Below are positions 8,334-16,252 of a DNA stretch of 64,000 nt, piece after piece. The position numbers and the translations under genes are program-made. The stretch spans positions 1 to 64,000 of the IMG/VR virus record IMGVR_UViG_3300021425_003021; one strand, given 5' to 3'. The stretch is from a virus. Position 1 is the first letter of the stretch. Each line of letters opens with the position of its first letter. The notes beneath the pieces are model-generated. The model was not told where the DNA came from. It saw only the letters and a list, made by a program, of their open reading frames with translations, and made no database searches.

Positions 8334-10447
8334 GTGTTTATTCCTTTTAGCATATTGCCGCCTAACCCTTTTGTGGCTCTATATTGTCGTTTACCTGTAT
8401 CAGCTGCACCGCTTTCTACTCTAAGTAACTTTTCAAGTAAAGAATTTTGTACATTCAATTTACTTTCTAACATAGATACCATATTATCGCTTATACTATT
8501 ACTTATGGCATTACTGTCATTATTATACGATGTTGTGGTAGGATTGTCAATCTGTGCTCGTAAACCTTTCATCATGGTTAACAAGTTGCGGGTATTTTCA
8601 GTGCTAAGTACATTTCCCGGTCCGGTGATTAGTTCTGGGCCTAATTCTCCTGTAACTCCAACTTCGCCTGCTCTAATGTATCCACCACTGGCAAATCCTC
8701 TACGAGCATTTCCAGTTCTTTGAAAGTCTGCTATTCTACTTCTAGTAAATGCTTCTGCACTTCTTTGAATAGCAGTTGATAGTTCAACTTTCATTGCATC
8801 TATCTCAGATCCTATAGATGCAGCTTGTTCGGTTTGTCCTGCCATCAGTGCTTCACTTTGGCGCATTTGCAATGCAGATAATCTCTGTTCTGTATCTGCA
8901 ACTTCCGATCTAGCATTTTGTAGTTCATTAGATAGTTCTTCTGCAGTGGATGTTACAGTTTCATTGGTTGCTAATTCAGGAACTCCAAGATCATTTACTG
9001 TGAGATTTTCTGCACTGCCAACTTCCATATTGGTTAAGGCATCTGCAGCTAGTCTTCCATCTTCGTAAACTTTTGCAACTTGTTCACTGGCTCTAAACAA
9101 ATTATCAACTACTCCGCCTAAACTTGTTGTAATTTCTGCTGTACTTGGCATAGCGTTTTGTACTTTTTGCAGTGCAGAAACGCCCATTTCTTCTAAATTT
9201 TTCAGTGCAGTTTCTTGTGTAGCAAGCACCATATCACGTGTAGCTTCGTTTAATCTAATTGTTTCATCTATCAAATTACGAGGATCTTCGGCACCCATTT
9301 GAATTTCTTGCTGACGTTCGATTTCTGCTGTTATTCTCTGCAATTTAACCAGTGTGTCTTCAGCAGCAGCACCTGCTGCTTGTAATCTATTTGCAAAGGT
9401 ATACGAATCTTCACGTAACTGACCTTGAGCAGCACTGATGTCTGTTAAGCCACCTAGCATACCAATTTGTCTAGCTTCTTCTGTGTTCAGATAATCAGTA
9501 AAAGATGCTTGTGTTTGCATCATTGCTTGATCAAAACCACTGAAGTCACTTGTAGACATTCCGCTTCTAAAGGCATCTACTTGTGCTTGAAATTCGTCTG
9601 CACTGTCGCCTAATGCTACAAATGCATTTCTAGTTTGATCAGTAGTTGGTGCGCCTCTAATTAACAAATCTTTAAACAGTTCGGCATATTGAGGACCCAT
9701 AGTAGTTGAAATTTCAGTAAGCCCTTTTGTTAAAGCTTCACTTGCTTCTGCGCTTTGTCCTGTTAAAAATGCTTGCACATCGCCTTGACGTCTTGCTTCT
9801 TTCATTTGATCTGCGAGTTCGTCTCTTTGTTTGCCAGTGAGTTTACTTAGTGCATCTAATTCTTTTGCAAATTCCAATGCAGACGCATTTCTGTCTCTAC
9901 CAACACTGCGCTCAAGTTGATTGTCTTGTTCGGCAATTTCTGCATAAGTCAATAGATTTTCATTTATTTGTTCAACTGTAAATCCTAATCTACGCAGATT
10001 TGTTCCTGCATCACTAGACAATACACCGCTGCTAAATTGTCTAAAAGCACTGATTGCCTGATCAGTACTGCCGCCAAATGCACTCAACCCTTCTGCATTG
10101 TCTTTGAACATTTTTGTCATGTCTTCAACAGTTAAACCCAGTTCGGCAGCAGCAATTTTTATTTCTGTCATTTGTTTGCCAAAACTTGCACCTATACCTG
10201 TTAAACTTTGGTATTCAGATAAACTTTCTTCTGCAAACATAGTCAAAGCGTGAACAACTTTTCCTAATCTACCAAGTATTTTTGTATTTGTATCTAATGC
10301 TTTACTGTAATCAGACAGCTTCATACTGCCAGATAACAAGTTACCTGCTAGTCCTACAACAGCATTTCCTGCTCCTTTTGCTTCGTTTCCTAAAAACTTT
10401 AAAGCATTACTTGAACCAGAAACTATTTCATCTAAATCAGTAGCCAA
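8330..10447 (-). CDS. Tape measure protein-like
   Basis: Long helical A/Q/E-rich protein with the C-terminal FASGGY..GE.G.TGELGPELI motif typical of tape measure proteins; TTG start with AGGAG RBS. Confidence 0.7.
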   Translation of the reverse strand: MATDLDEIVSGSSNALKFLGNEAKGAGNAVVGLAGNLLSGSMKLSDYSKALDTNTKILGRLGKVVHALTMFAEESLSEYQSLTGIGASFGKQMTEIKIAAAELGLTVEDMTKMFKDNAEGLSAFGGSTDQAISAFRQFSSGVLSSDAGTNLRRLGFTVEQINENLLTYAEIAEQDNQLERSVGRDRNASALEFAKELDALSKLTGKQRDELADQMKEARRQGDVQAFLTGQSAEASEALTKGLTEISTTMGPQYAELFKDLLIRGAPTTDQTRNAFVALGDSADEFQAQVDAFRSGMSTSDFSGFDQAMMQTQASFTDYLNTEEARQIGMLGGLTDISAAQGQLREDSYTFANRLQAAGAAAEDTLVKLQRITAEIERQQEIQMGAEDPRNLIDETIRLNEATRDMVLATQETALKNLEEMGVSALQKVQNAMPSTAEITTSLGGVVDNLFRASEQVAKVYEDGRLAADALTNMEVGSAENLTVNDLGVPELATNETVTSTAEELSNELQNARSEVADTEQRLSALQMRQSEALMAGQTEQAASIGSEIDAMKVELSTAIQRSAEAFTRSRIADFQRTGNARRGFASGGYIRAGEVGVTGELGPELITGPGNVLSTENTRNLLTMMKGLRAQIDNPTTTSYNNDSNAISNSISDNMVSMLESKLNVQNSLLEKLLRVESGAADTGKRQYRATKGLGGNMLKGINT

Positions 10448-10473
10448 AAGACATACTCCTAAAAAATACGGTT

Positions 10474-10498
10474 TATAAATATTCTATACTAGTATTTA
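10474..10498. promoter_or_regulatory. Pair of opposed late promoters
   Basis: TATAAATA (+) at 10474-10481 and TAAATA (-) at 10493-10498, between the divergent tape measure and gp26-like genes. Confidence 0.65.
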
Positions 10499-10501
10499 CC
10501 T

Positions 10502-11350
10502 ATGGAAAAACTCATGGAAAACCAAAGCCCTCTCAAAAAATATGCAAGACAGCCAAAAATCTATATAGATTTGCCTAGCAAAGGAAAATATTATAATTCT
10601 GGTGTGTTGTATGAAGATTCGTATTCAAACTTAGCAGTATTCAGTATGACTGCTAACGACGAAATACTTTATAGAACACCAGATGCATTGATCAACGGTG
10701 AAGCAACAGCAAAAAACATTCAAAGTTGTATACCGTCAATTGTAAAGCCCTTTGACTTGGTTACATTAGATGTGGATGCACTGTTGCTGTCAATTAGAAT
10801 GGCAACATACGGTCCTAAAATGACAGTAGGACAAAGATGCAGAAAATGCAGCGAAGAAAACCAATACGAAATTGATATTACAAGATATATAGAATATTTA
10901 AACACACTACAATTTGAAGATAGTATGATGTATGAAAATTTTAAAATTAATTTTGTACCTTTGACATACACACAATACACCGATCTTCAAAAGGAATCTG
11001 TTGGATATCAAAGAGCATTGTCAATTCAACTTCCAAAAATTACCAACGATAACGAAAAAGACAAATTTCAAGACCAGATATTAACATCAATTGCAAAAAT
11101 GAATATGAAAACTATTTTACTATCTATACACAGTATAGAAGTTGATGGTGAAATAGAACAAGACAAAGGTGAAATTTACAACTGGATTGAAAGTTACGAT
11201 GTTGATTTATTCAGCAGCATAAAAAAACACATAGACACTCAGTATCAACGTTGGTTACTACCAGAAGAAAATGTGCAATGTGCTTCTTGCGAAGCAACAG
11301 ACAAAGTTCGTATTACAATTGATCAGACGGATTTTTTCGTAAAAGGCTAA
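10502..11350 (+). CDS. gp26: Baseplate hub / tail assembly chaperone (gp26-like)
   Basis: PKIYIDLPSKG, MTANDEI, DVDALLLSIRMATYG, two CxxC motifs and a DFF end. An alternative start exists at 10514. Confidence 0.75.
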   Translation: MEKLMENQSPLKKYARQPKIYIDLPSKGKYYNSGVLYEDSYSNLAVFSMTANDEILYRTPDALINGEATAKNIQSCIPSIVKPFDLVTLDVDALLLSIRMATYGPKMTVGQRCRKCSEENQYEIDITRYIEYLNTLQFEDSMMYENFKINFVPLTYTQYTDLQKESVGYQRALSIQLPKITNDNEKDKFQDQILTSIAKMNMKTILLSIHSIEVDGEIEQDKGEIYNWIESYDVDLFSSIKKHIDTQYQRWLLPEENVQCASCEATDKVRITIDQTDFFVKG

Positions 11351-11385
11351 TCTTGTTAGATGATAGTGCTGTACAAGATTTAGCC
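11332..11385 (+). promoter_or_regulatory. Programmed -1 ribosomal frameshift signal
   Basis: In-frame slippery heptamer T TTT TTC (11332-11338), 6-nt spacer, hairpin GGCTAATCTTGT / ACAAGA(T)TTAGCC. The -1 frame is open into the next ORF. Confidence 0.8.
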
Positions 11386-11571
11386 GAAGAATTTGAGAAC
11401 GATATAAAAAGAATAAAAGACACTATCTACAGACTCAGTTGGTATATGAGAGGCGGTATTTCAGTGGATACGTTGTTGTACGATACTGACATGGAAGACC
11501 AAGAAATTATTTCTAAAATAGTCAAAGATAATATTGAAAATACCAAAAACGCTAAAATGCCGTTGCTCTAA
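11353..11571 (+). CDS. gp51-like ORF, probably the C-terminal part of a frameshift fusion with the gp26-like protein
   Basis: LSWYMRGGIS..LL.....D.EII; only a TTG start; lies in the -1 frame relative to the upstream gene. Confidence 0.7.
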   Translation: MLDDSAVQDLAEEFENDIKRIKDTIYRLSWYMRGGISVDTLLYDTDMEDQEIISKIVKDNIENTKNAKMPLL

Positions 11572-13259
11572 CGTGCATTGTCTGCTGCTAGTGCATCAAG
11601 TGCATTTGTTTCGTCACCTGGTCTAACTGTACCTTGAACACCTCTAGGTCTACTACTACTCATTCTTCCAACAGGTTGTACAGGTGAATCACTTCTGCCA
11701 GTTGACGTGCCAATGCCTGCATCAGCTCTATCAATAGCAGCTTGAGCAATATCTACAATCGAATCTTGTGTTGCGTCTTGATCAGAGTCTCGTTCAATTT
11801 TTGCACCAGATCTAGTTAGCACACGATTATCTGGCATTGGAATAGGCTTACCACTGGCCAGTGCTTGAGGAGTAGGAGCAAGATAAAGTTCTTGATTACT
11901 ACCACCAGGTACTGCTCCCATTCTATCACTTATAACTATAATTTCGTGCGTATCTTTTAGTTGTTCAGCCATTTCTGGAGTGTATGTAAAAATATAGTCA
12001 CTCAACTGACCTGCTTGACCCGATGACATTGGTTTTGGATTTAAACTTTCTGCTGGGCGTTCACTTTGATCAATGTCCAATGCATCAAATATGGCATTGG
12101 TTCTGTCACCTAATATCAAATAAGGCACTTTGACTTTTTCCATGTCAGGAGGAAAAATCATATCCTGGAATGCAATTTTTGCCCATTCACTTGAAGAATA
12201 AGCAGTACCAGTTGGCATCTTTTTTACACCGCCTTCAAATGTTAATGCATCTCTTAATGTTGCTCCACCTAATGCTCCGTTGGTTATAGTATCAAGAGAC
12301 ATTGCTGCTATATCTGCTGCATTTCCAACAGTTTCAAAAATTGAAGAAGCAACACTATTTGCAATCCATTTTGCAAACATCATTTGTATACTTGGACGTG
12401 TAAACAAATATACTGCTCCCCAAAATGCTGCTTCAGTAACAATCATGCTGACCAATGCCGGAATAGTGCCTACTCCAGTGGCAGCAGCCCCTGCTTGTAT
12501 TGCTCTTATAGCACCTCTAATTCGACCAATAATTAATGCAGCTCTTACAGCTTTAAACGCCATTGCTAAAACCAATACAACTTGCGAAACAAAGAATCCT
12601 GTTATTACATCTAACAGTTCTTCTTTTTCTGCTGCTCCGCCATCAAATTCACTGTCTGGTGTATGTTTAACTGTATCGTAGTTGACAACAAAGCTTTTGT
12701 ACAACTCTACACTAACACCTAAAATTGCAAAAAGTTTTAACAAACCTTGGAATAAACTATTTGAAAAAATTCTTGTTAGTCTACCATTGCTATTTTTTAT
12801 TGCTGCATCTATTTCTGCAGGCTTCATAGAAGAACCAATTTTGTATTGACTCCACATTCCTCTACCAATTCTCTTGAAATCGGAATCAGAAAATATTCTA
12901 AGAGCTCTGTCTATACTTTGACCACCTCTTAATCTTGAAATAAACTTATCTGCATCAGTTTGTTTTGCAAAACTAAAAGATTCATCTGCTAAATTTACTA
13001 GCCACCTATCTCTTACTTGCACTGGAACGGTATCAGCAGCATCAAAAATTGCTTTGCCAGTGTTAAATGATTTAAATGTTTGTGTTAACCGTTGACCTAT
13101 ACTTCTAGGTGCAGTAGAATTATCAGTGGCTTTTACCCAGCTGTTTCCATTCCACTTGTAATCAACATCACCTAAAGATAATGTTGTCAGTTTAGGAATT
13201 TCAACTGCTTCTTCAGTAATAATAATTTTTTCTTCAGATAATAATTCAACTAATTTCAT
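11568..13259 (-). CDS. Hypothetical late protein with hydrophobic segments (candidate internal head / ejection protein)
   Basis: 563-aa ORF; TAAATA at 13285-13290; N-terminus MKLVELLSEEKIIITEE; three long hydrophobic stretches. Confidence 0.6.
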   Translation of the reverse strand: MKLVELLSEEKIIITEEAVEIPKLTTLSLGDVDYKWNGNSWVKATDNSTAPRSIGQRLTQTFKSFNTGKAIFDAADTVPVQVRDRWLVNLADESFSFAKQTDADKFISRLRGGQSIDRALRIFSDSDFKRIGRGMWSQYKIGSSMKPAEIDAAIKNSNGRLTRIFSNSLFQGLLKLFAILGVSVELYKSFVVNYDTVKHTPDSEFDGGAAEKEELLDVITGFFVSQVVLVLAMAFKAVRAALIIGRIRGAIRAIQAGAAATGVGTIPALVSMIVTEAAFWGAVYLFTRPSIQMMFAKWIANSVASSIFETVGNAADIAAMSLDTITNGALGGATLRDALTFEGGVKKMPTGTAYSSSEWAKIAFQDMIFPPDMEKVKVPYLILGDRTNAIFDALDIDQSERPAESLNPKPMSSGQAGQLSDYIFTYTPEMAEQLKDTHEIIVISDRMGAVPGGSNQELYLAPTPQALASGKPIPMPDNRVLTRSGAKIERDSDQDATQDSIVDIAQAAIDRADAGIGTSTGRSDSPVQPVGRMSSSRPRGVQGTVRPGDETNALDALAADNAR

Positions 13260-13299
13260 TCACAAGTGTTCCAGCTGTATAATGTATTTAGTTATTATA

Positions 13300-13397
13300 A
13301 GTTGAACTAACGTTCAACTGTGTTATCGCTATCGCTCAACACGTATTATTTGTTCTTGATTATAATACTAATAAGGCATATGCAAAGCATATGCTTT
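13300..13397. repeat. Cluster of inverted repeats in AT-rich DNA
   Basis: AGTTGAAC-taac-GTTCAACT; GTGTT-atcgctatcgctc-AACAC; GTATTA...TAATAC; AAGGCATATGC-aaa-GCATATGCTTT. Confidence 0.8.
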
Positions 13398-13401
13398 TAA
13401 T

Positions 13402-13770
13402 ATTATTCAGATTGTGAAGTCATAATTCGCCCGTTGCCGGGCGAAGGTAGCTTTGAAACATTATTCGAGTCGCTTCAGCCATCTTGTTAAAAGAGATTTT
13501 AATGTTATTTCAATATAACACTAAACAAGTTAATGTTACTTTGACTTAACATTAAGTGGAGGCGGTTGACCTGTATCCCCCTACTCTAGCTTCGTCATAT
13601 CAACGGAAGGCAGTTATTCCCTAACAAGCGAAAACACTTACCCTTGGGTTGCTTTTTCTCAGAGCCCATTCCTTTAAAGCCTATCGTATACTTCTTCACG
13701 TGAGCATTCCACACCACCGGCCACGAGCATTACCTCGGCTGGATCTTGGAGTTTAATTAGAGCTCAATAT
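13402..13770 (-). ncRNA. Large structured non-coding RNA downstream of the GIY-YIG gene
   Basis: ORF-free, locally GC-enriched, many helices including UUCGCCCG-GCAA-CGGGCGAA, long-range CAGCC/GGCUG and GUGAAG/CUUCAC, and an 8-bp pseudoknot CUUGUUAG/UUAACAAG. Confidence 0.65.
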
Positions 13771-13775
13771 ATAGC

Positions 13776-14201
13776 CTATTTGTGTTCTAGTAGTGCCTGG
13801 CGTAATTTATTTGAACCACCAACTCGTACATTGATGATACCGTTGTAGTATTCGTCTGTTTCTAATACACGCCTGTCAAATTGTTCTCGTGCTTCAATGT
13901 AAGACATCTCCGCTCTACTTTTGCAAAAGTAAAGTATTTCACGAGTAAAATTTTTTTCGCCTAAGTTTTTTACATCTTCGTTCAGTCTATCTGAACTTCC
14001 CCAGTATTCACGCCAATCGCTTTCTTTGTAGCCTCGACGTTTGTTTTTTTTGCCTTTTAATGGTGGCTTGGTTGTTTTAAACTTTGCTAGTTTTTTGCCT
14101 ACGTATTTTTGTTTTGTCTTTTTGTTTGTGATTAGATATACAAAGCCTTCGTATTCGTCAGGTATTGTTTCAACCTTTTTGCCTTTATATGTCCAACTCA
14201 T
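13776..14201 (-). CDS. GIY-YIG endonuclease (catalytic domain only; T4 EndoII/Seg-like)
   Basis: GFVYLITN-(x6)-YVGKK, WREYWGSS, catalytic-type Glu in MSYIEAREQ, YYN. Confidence 0.8.
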   Translation of the reverse strand: MSWTYKGKKVETIPDEYEGFVYLITNKKTKQKYVGKKLAKFKTTKPPLKGKKNKRRGYKESDWREYWGSSDRLNEDVKNLGEKNFTREILYFCKSRAEMSYIEAREQFDRRVLETDEYYNGIINVRVGGSNKLRQALLEHK

Positions 14202-14204
14202 ACA

Positions 14205-14480
14205 TTATGTATTATCGGAATTGCCTTCGTTTGCCTTTTTTGATTTTTTTGCTTTGCCTTTGTTTACTGCCCATTTTCCACTAGCTCTAATGTCATCAAG
14301 GACCACTGCATAGTGATTTTTAATTTCGTCTTGCCTTTGTTTTGCCAATGTAATCAATTTGCGTAGCTCTCTACGAGCAGCACGTTTTGTTCTTTCACTA
14401 GGACCTTGTTCAAATTTTTCATTTGCTTCAAAGTAATCCAAATATGTTTTTACCAATTGGTCGTGTGTATCGTCGTTCAT
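14205..14480 (-). CDS. Histone H1-like (Hc1-type) DNA-binding protein
   Basis: EKFEQG...TKRAARRELRKLITLAKQRQDEI resembles the Hc1 N-terminal helix; Lys-rich tail. Confidence 0.5.
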   Translation of the reverse strand: MNDDTHDQLVKTYLDYFEANEKFEQGPSERTKRAARRELRKLITLAKQRQDEIKNHYAVVLDDIRASGKWAVNKGKAKKSKKANEGNSDNT

Positions 14481-16252
14481 TCTACAATGTCAATATCGTT
14501 TTCGTATGATGTAAATCCGTTTTCTTTGATAACTTTCATAACATGATTCACTCTACCAATAAGTTCGTCTTTGTGTGAAATGAGGAAAACATTTTTTCTA
14601 CGTTCTCTACCCATCTTTTTAAGTACAGCAAGTGCATTTTCAACACCAGCAGTGTCCATACCCGAGTCGATAAGTTCGTCGATAAACAACAAGTTAACGC
14701 CTTGATACAATGATTCCCAAACATCACGGAATGCAAAACTCATTCCTAGTATTAGCCTGTTGCGTTCGCCTCGAGACAAGTTATCAAAGTCCAGGTCTTG
14801 TCCTAGTTGTGTAATCTCAACTGACAAATCGTTTTGGAATTCAACTTGATGTGGTAAGCCTAGTTTGTCTAAATAATATGTGAGCCTATTGTTCAAGTAC
14901 GCCAAGTTCTGATCAATGATCTTTTTGCGGATGAACGAGTCTTTGTTTGTCAAGAGTTTCAGTAGAAACTCTTGATGTTCTTTTAAACTGGTTAATTGAT
15001 TAACATTTTCCCAGTCAATTTCTTGCAATGCTGTGTTTGTTAAGTCGTCAATTTGTGCTTGATAAGGATCTTCATCTTGCTGTTTATTTACAAGATTTTG
15101 TCTTAAATTATCAACATTGTTTCTGTGTTCGTATGCTTCTTTAGCACTTTCATAAAATGTATTAGGACGCCCGTTAATGTGTCCAATTTCATCTAATAAC
15201 TTCATTGTTGCTTCAAGTTTGTTTGCAACTTCGGTTTGATATGCAAGTGCGTCACTTAATTCTTTTTGTTTTTTGTTTTCAATTTCTGCTTTTTTATCTG
15301 CGTGTAATTCTTGTCCACAAGTGTAACAAATAGCATCGTCAAGGTCTTTGATATCCTTTTCAGCTTTGTCAACACCCTTGGTTGCTCGCATCAATGCACT
15401 TTCCAGTGTGCTTTTTTCTTTGTTTAAACTTGTAATACGATTATTCAGTTCTGTCCAGTTTATAAGCTTGTCGTGTGCATCTAATTCGGCATCAATGTCT
15501 AATTTTTCTAGTTCTTCGATTGCTTTGTCAAGTTTTTCAATGTCTTGTTTTTGTTTTGCAAACCAAGCACGTTGTCTTCCAGCAAGAGTTTCGATACTTT
15601 GTTCAATTTTTTTGTTGCTTGCTTCGATAGCATTGATTTTTAGTGTTTCTTCTGTGATAAAATCTTTGGTTTGTTTGACTTTTTCTTTCAGCAAATCTGC
15701 TTTTTCGGTAAGAATAGTAATGCCAAGTAACTGTTCAATAACTGCACGTTGGTCATTTGCTCTCATACTGAGGAAAGGCTCTGTGTATGTGTTGAGTGCA
15801 ACAATATGTTTGAACATATCGTGGCTCATGTTTAGTAAACTGTCAATTTCTTTTTGTGTTTGACGACTATCGCCTTGAGATTCATCTAAATCTTCTTTTT
15901 GTTCGTGATCATTTATGTAAAACTTTAGTACATTTGGTGATCTGCCACGTTCAATTCTATATTTGTTATTGCCTTTTTCAAAATTTAATGTAACCAACAT
16001 ACCTTTACTATTGGTTTTGTTGATAAGATTGTTTCTTTTGATGTTGGTCAGTGCTTGACCGTACAGTGCGTATGACAATGCATTAATAATTGTAGTTTTA
16101 CCTGTACCGTTGCGTGATCCAGTGTCGTCACCTCCTTGGTCTAAGTTTTCACCAAGCACAAGAGTGAGTTGCTCCTTGTTAAAATCAACTGCTTGGGTAA
16201 CATTACCCACACTCATAAAGTTTTTTACGGTTAAATCTTTAATTTTTATCAT
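14477..16252 (-). CDS. gp46: Recombination exonuclease ATPase subunit (gp46 / Rad50 / SbcC-like)
   Basis: Walker A NGTGKTT, coiled coil with CYTC zinc hook, signature LSRGE, Walker B LLFIDE. Confidence 0.95.
   Translation of the reverse strand: MIKIKDLTVKNFMSVGNVTQAVDFNKEQLTLVLGENLDQGGDDTGSRNGTGKTTIINALSYALYGQALTNIKRNNLINKTNSKGMLVTLNFEKGNNKYRIERGRSPNVLKFYINDHEQKEDLDESQGDSRQTQKEIDSLLNMSHDMFKHIVALNTYTEPFLSMRANDQRAVIEQLLGITILTEKADLLKEKVKQTKDFITEETLKINAIEASNKKIEQSIETLAGRQRAWFAKQKQDIEKLDKAIEELEKLDIDAELDAHDKLINWTELNNRITSLNKEKSTLESALMRATKGVDKAEKDIKDLDDAICYTCGQELHADKKAEIENKKQKELSDALAYQTEVANKLEATMKLLDEIGHINGRPNTFYESAKEAYEHRNNVDNLRQNLVNKQQDEDPYQAQIDDLTNTALQEIDWENVNQLTSLKEHQEFLLKLLTNKDSFIRKKIIDQNLAYLNNRLTYYLDKLGLPHQVEFQNDLSVEITQLGQDLDFDNLSRGERNRLILGMSFAFRDVWESLYQGVNLLFIDELIDSGMDTAGVENALAVLKKMGRERRKNVFLISHKDELIGRVNHVMKVIKENGFTSYENDIDIVE

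Noticed and set aside
13402-14201. Group I or II intron with a GIY-YIG homing endonuclease
   Set aside because: No interrupted host gene, and I could not find P7 (R/S) or domain V signatures. A degenerate intron-derived origin cannot be fully excluded without cmscan.
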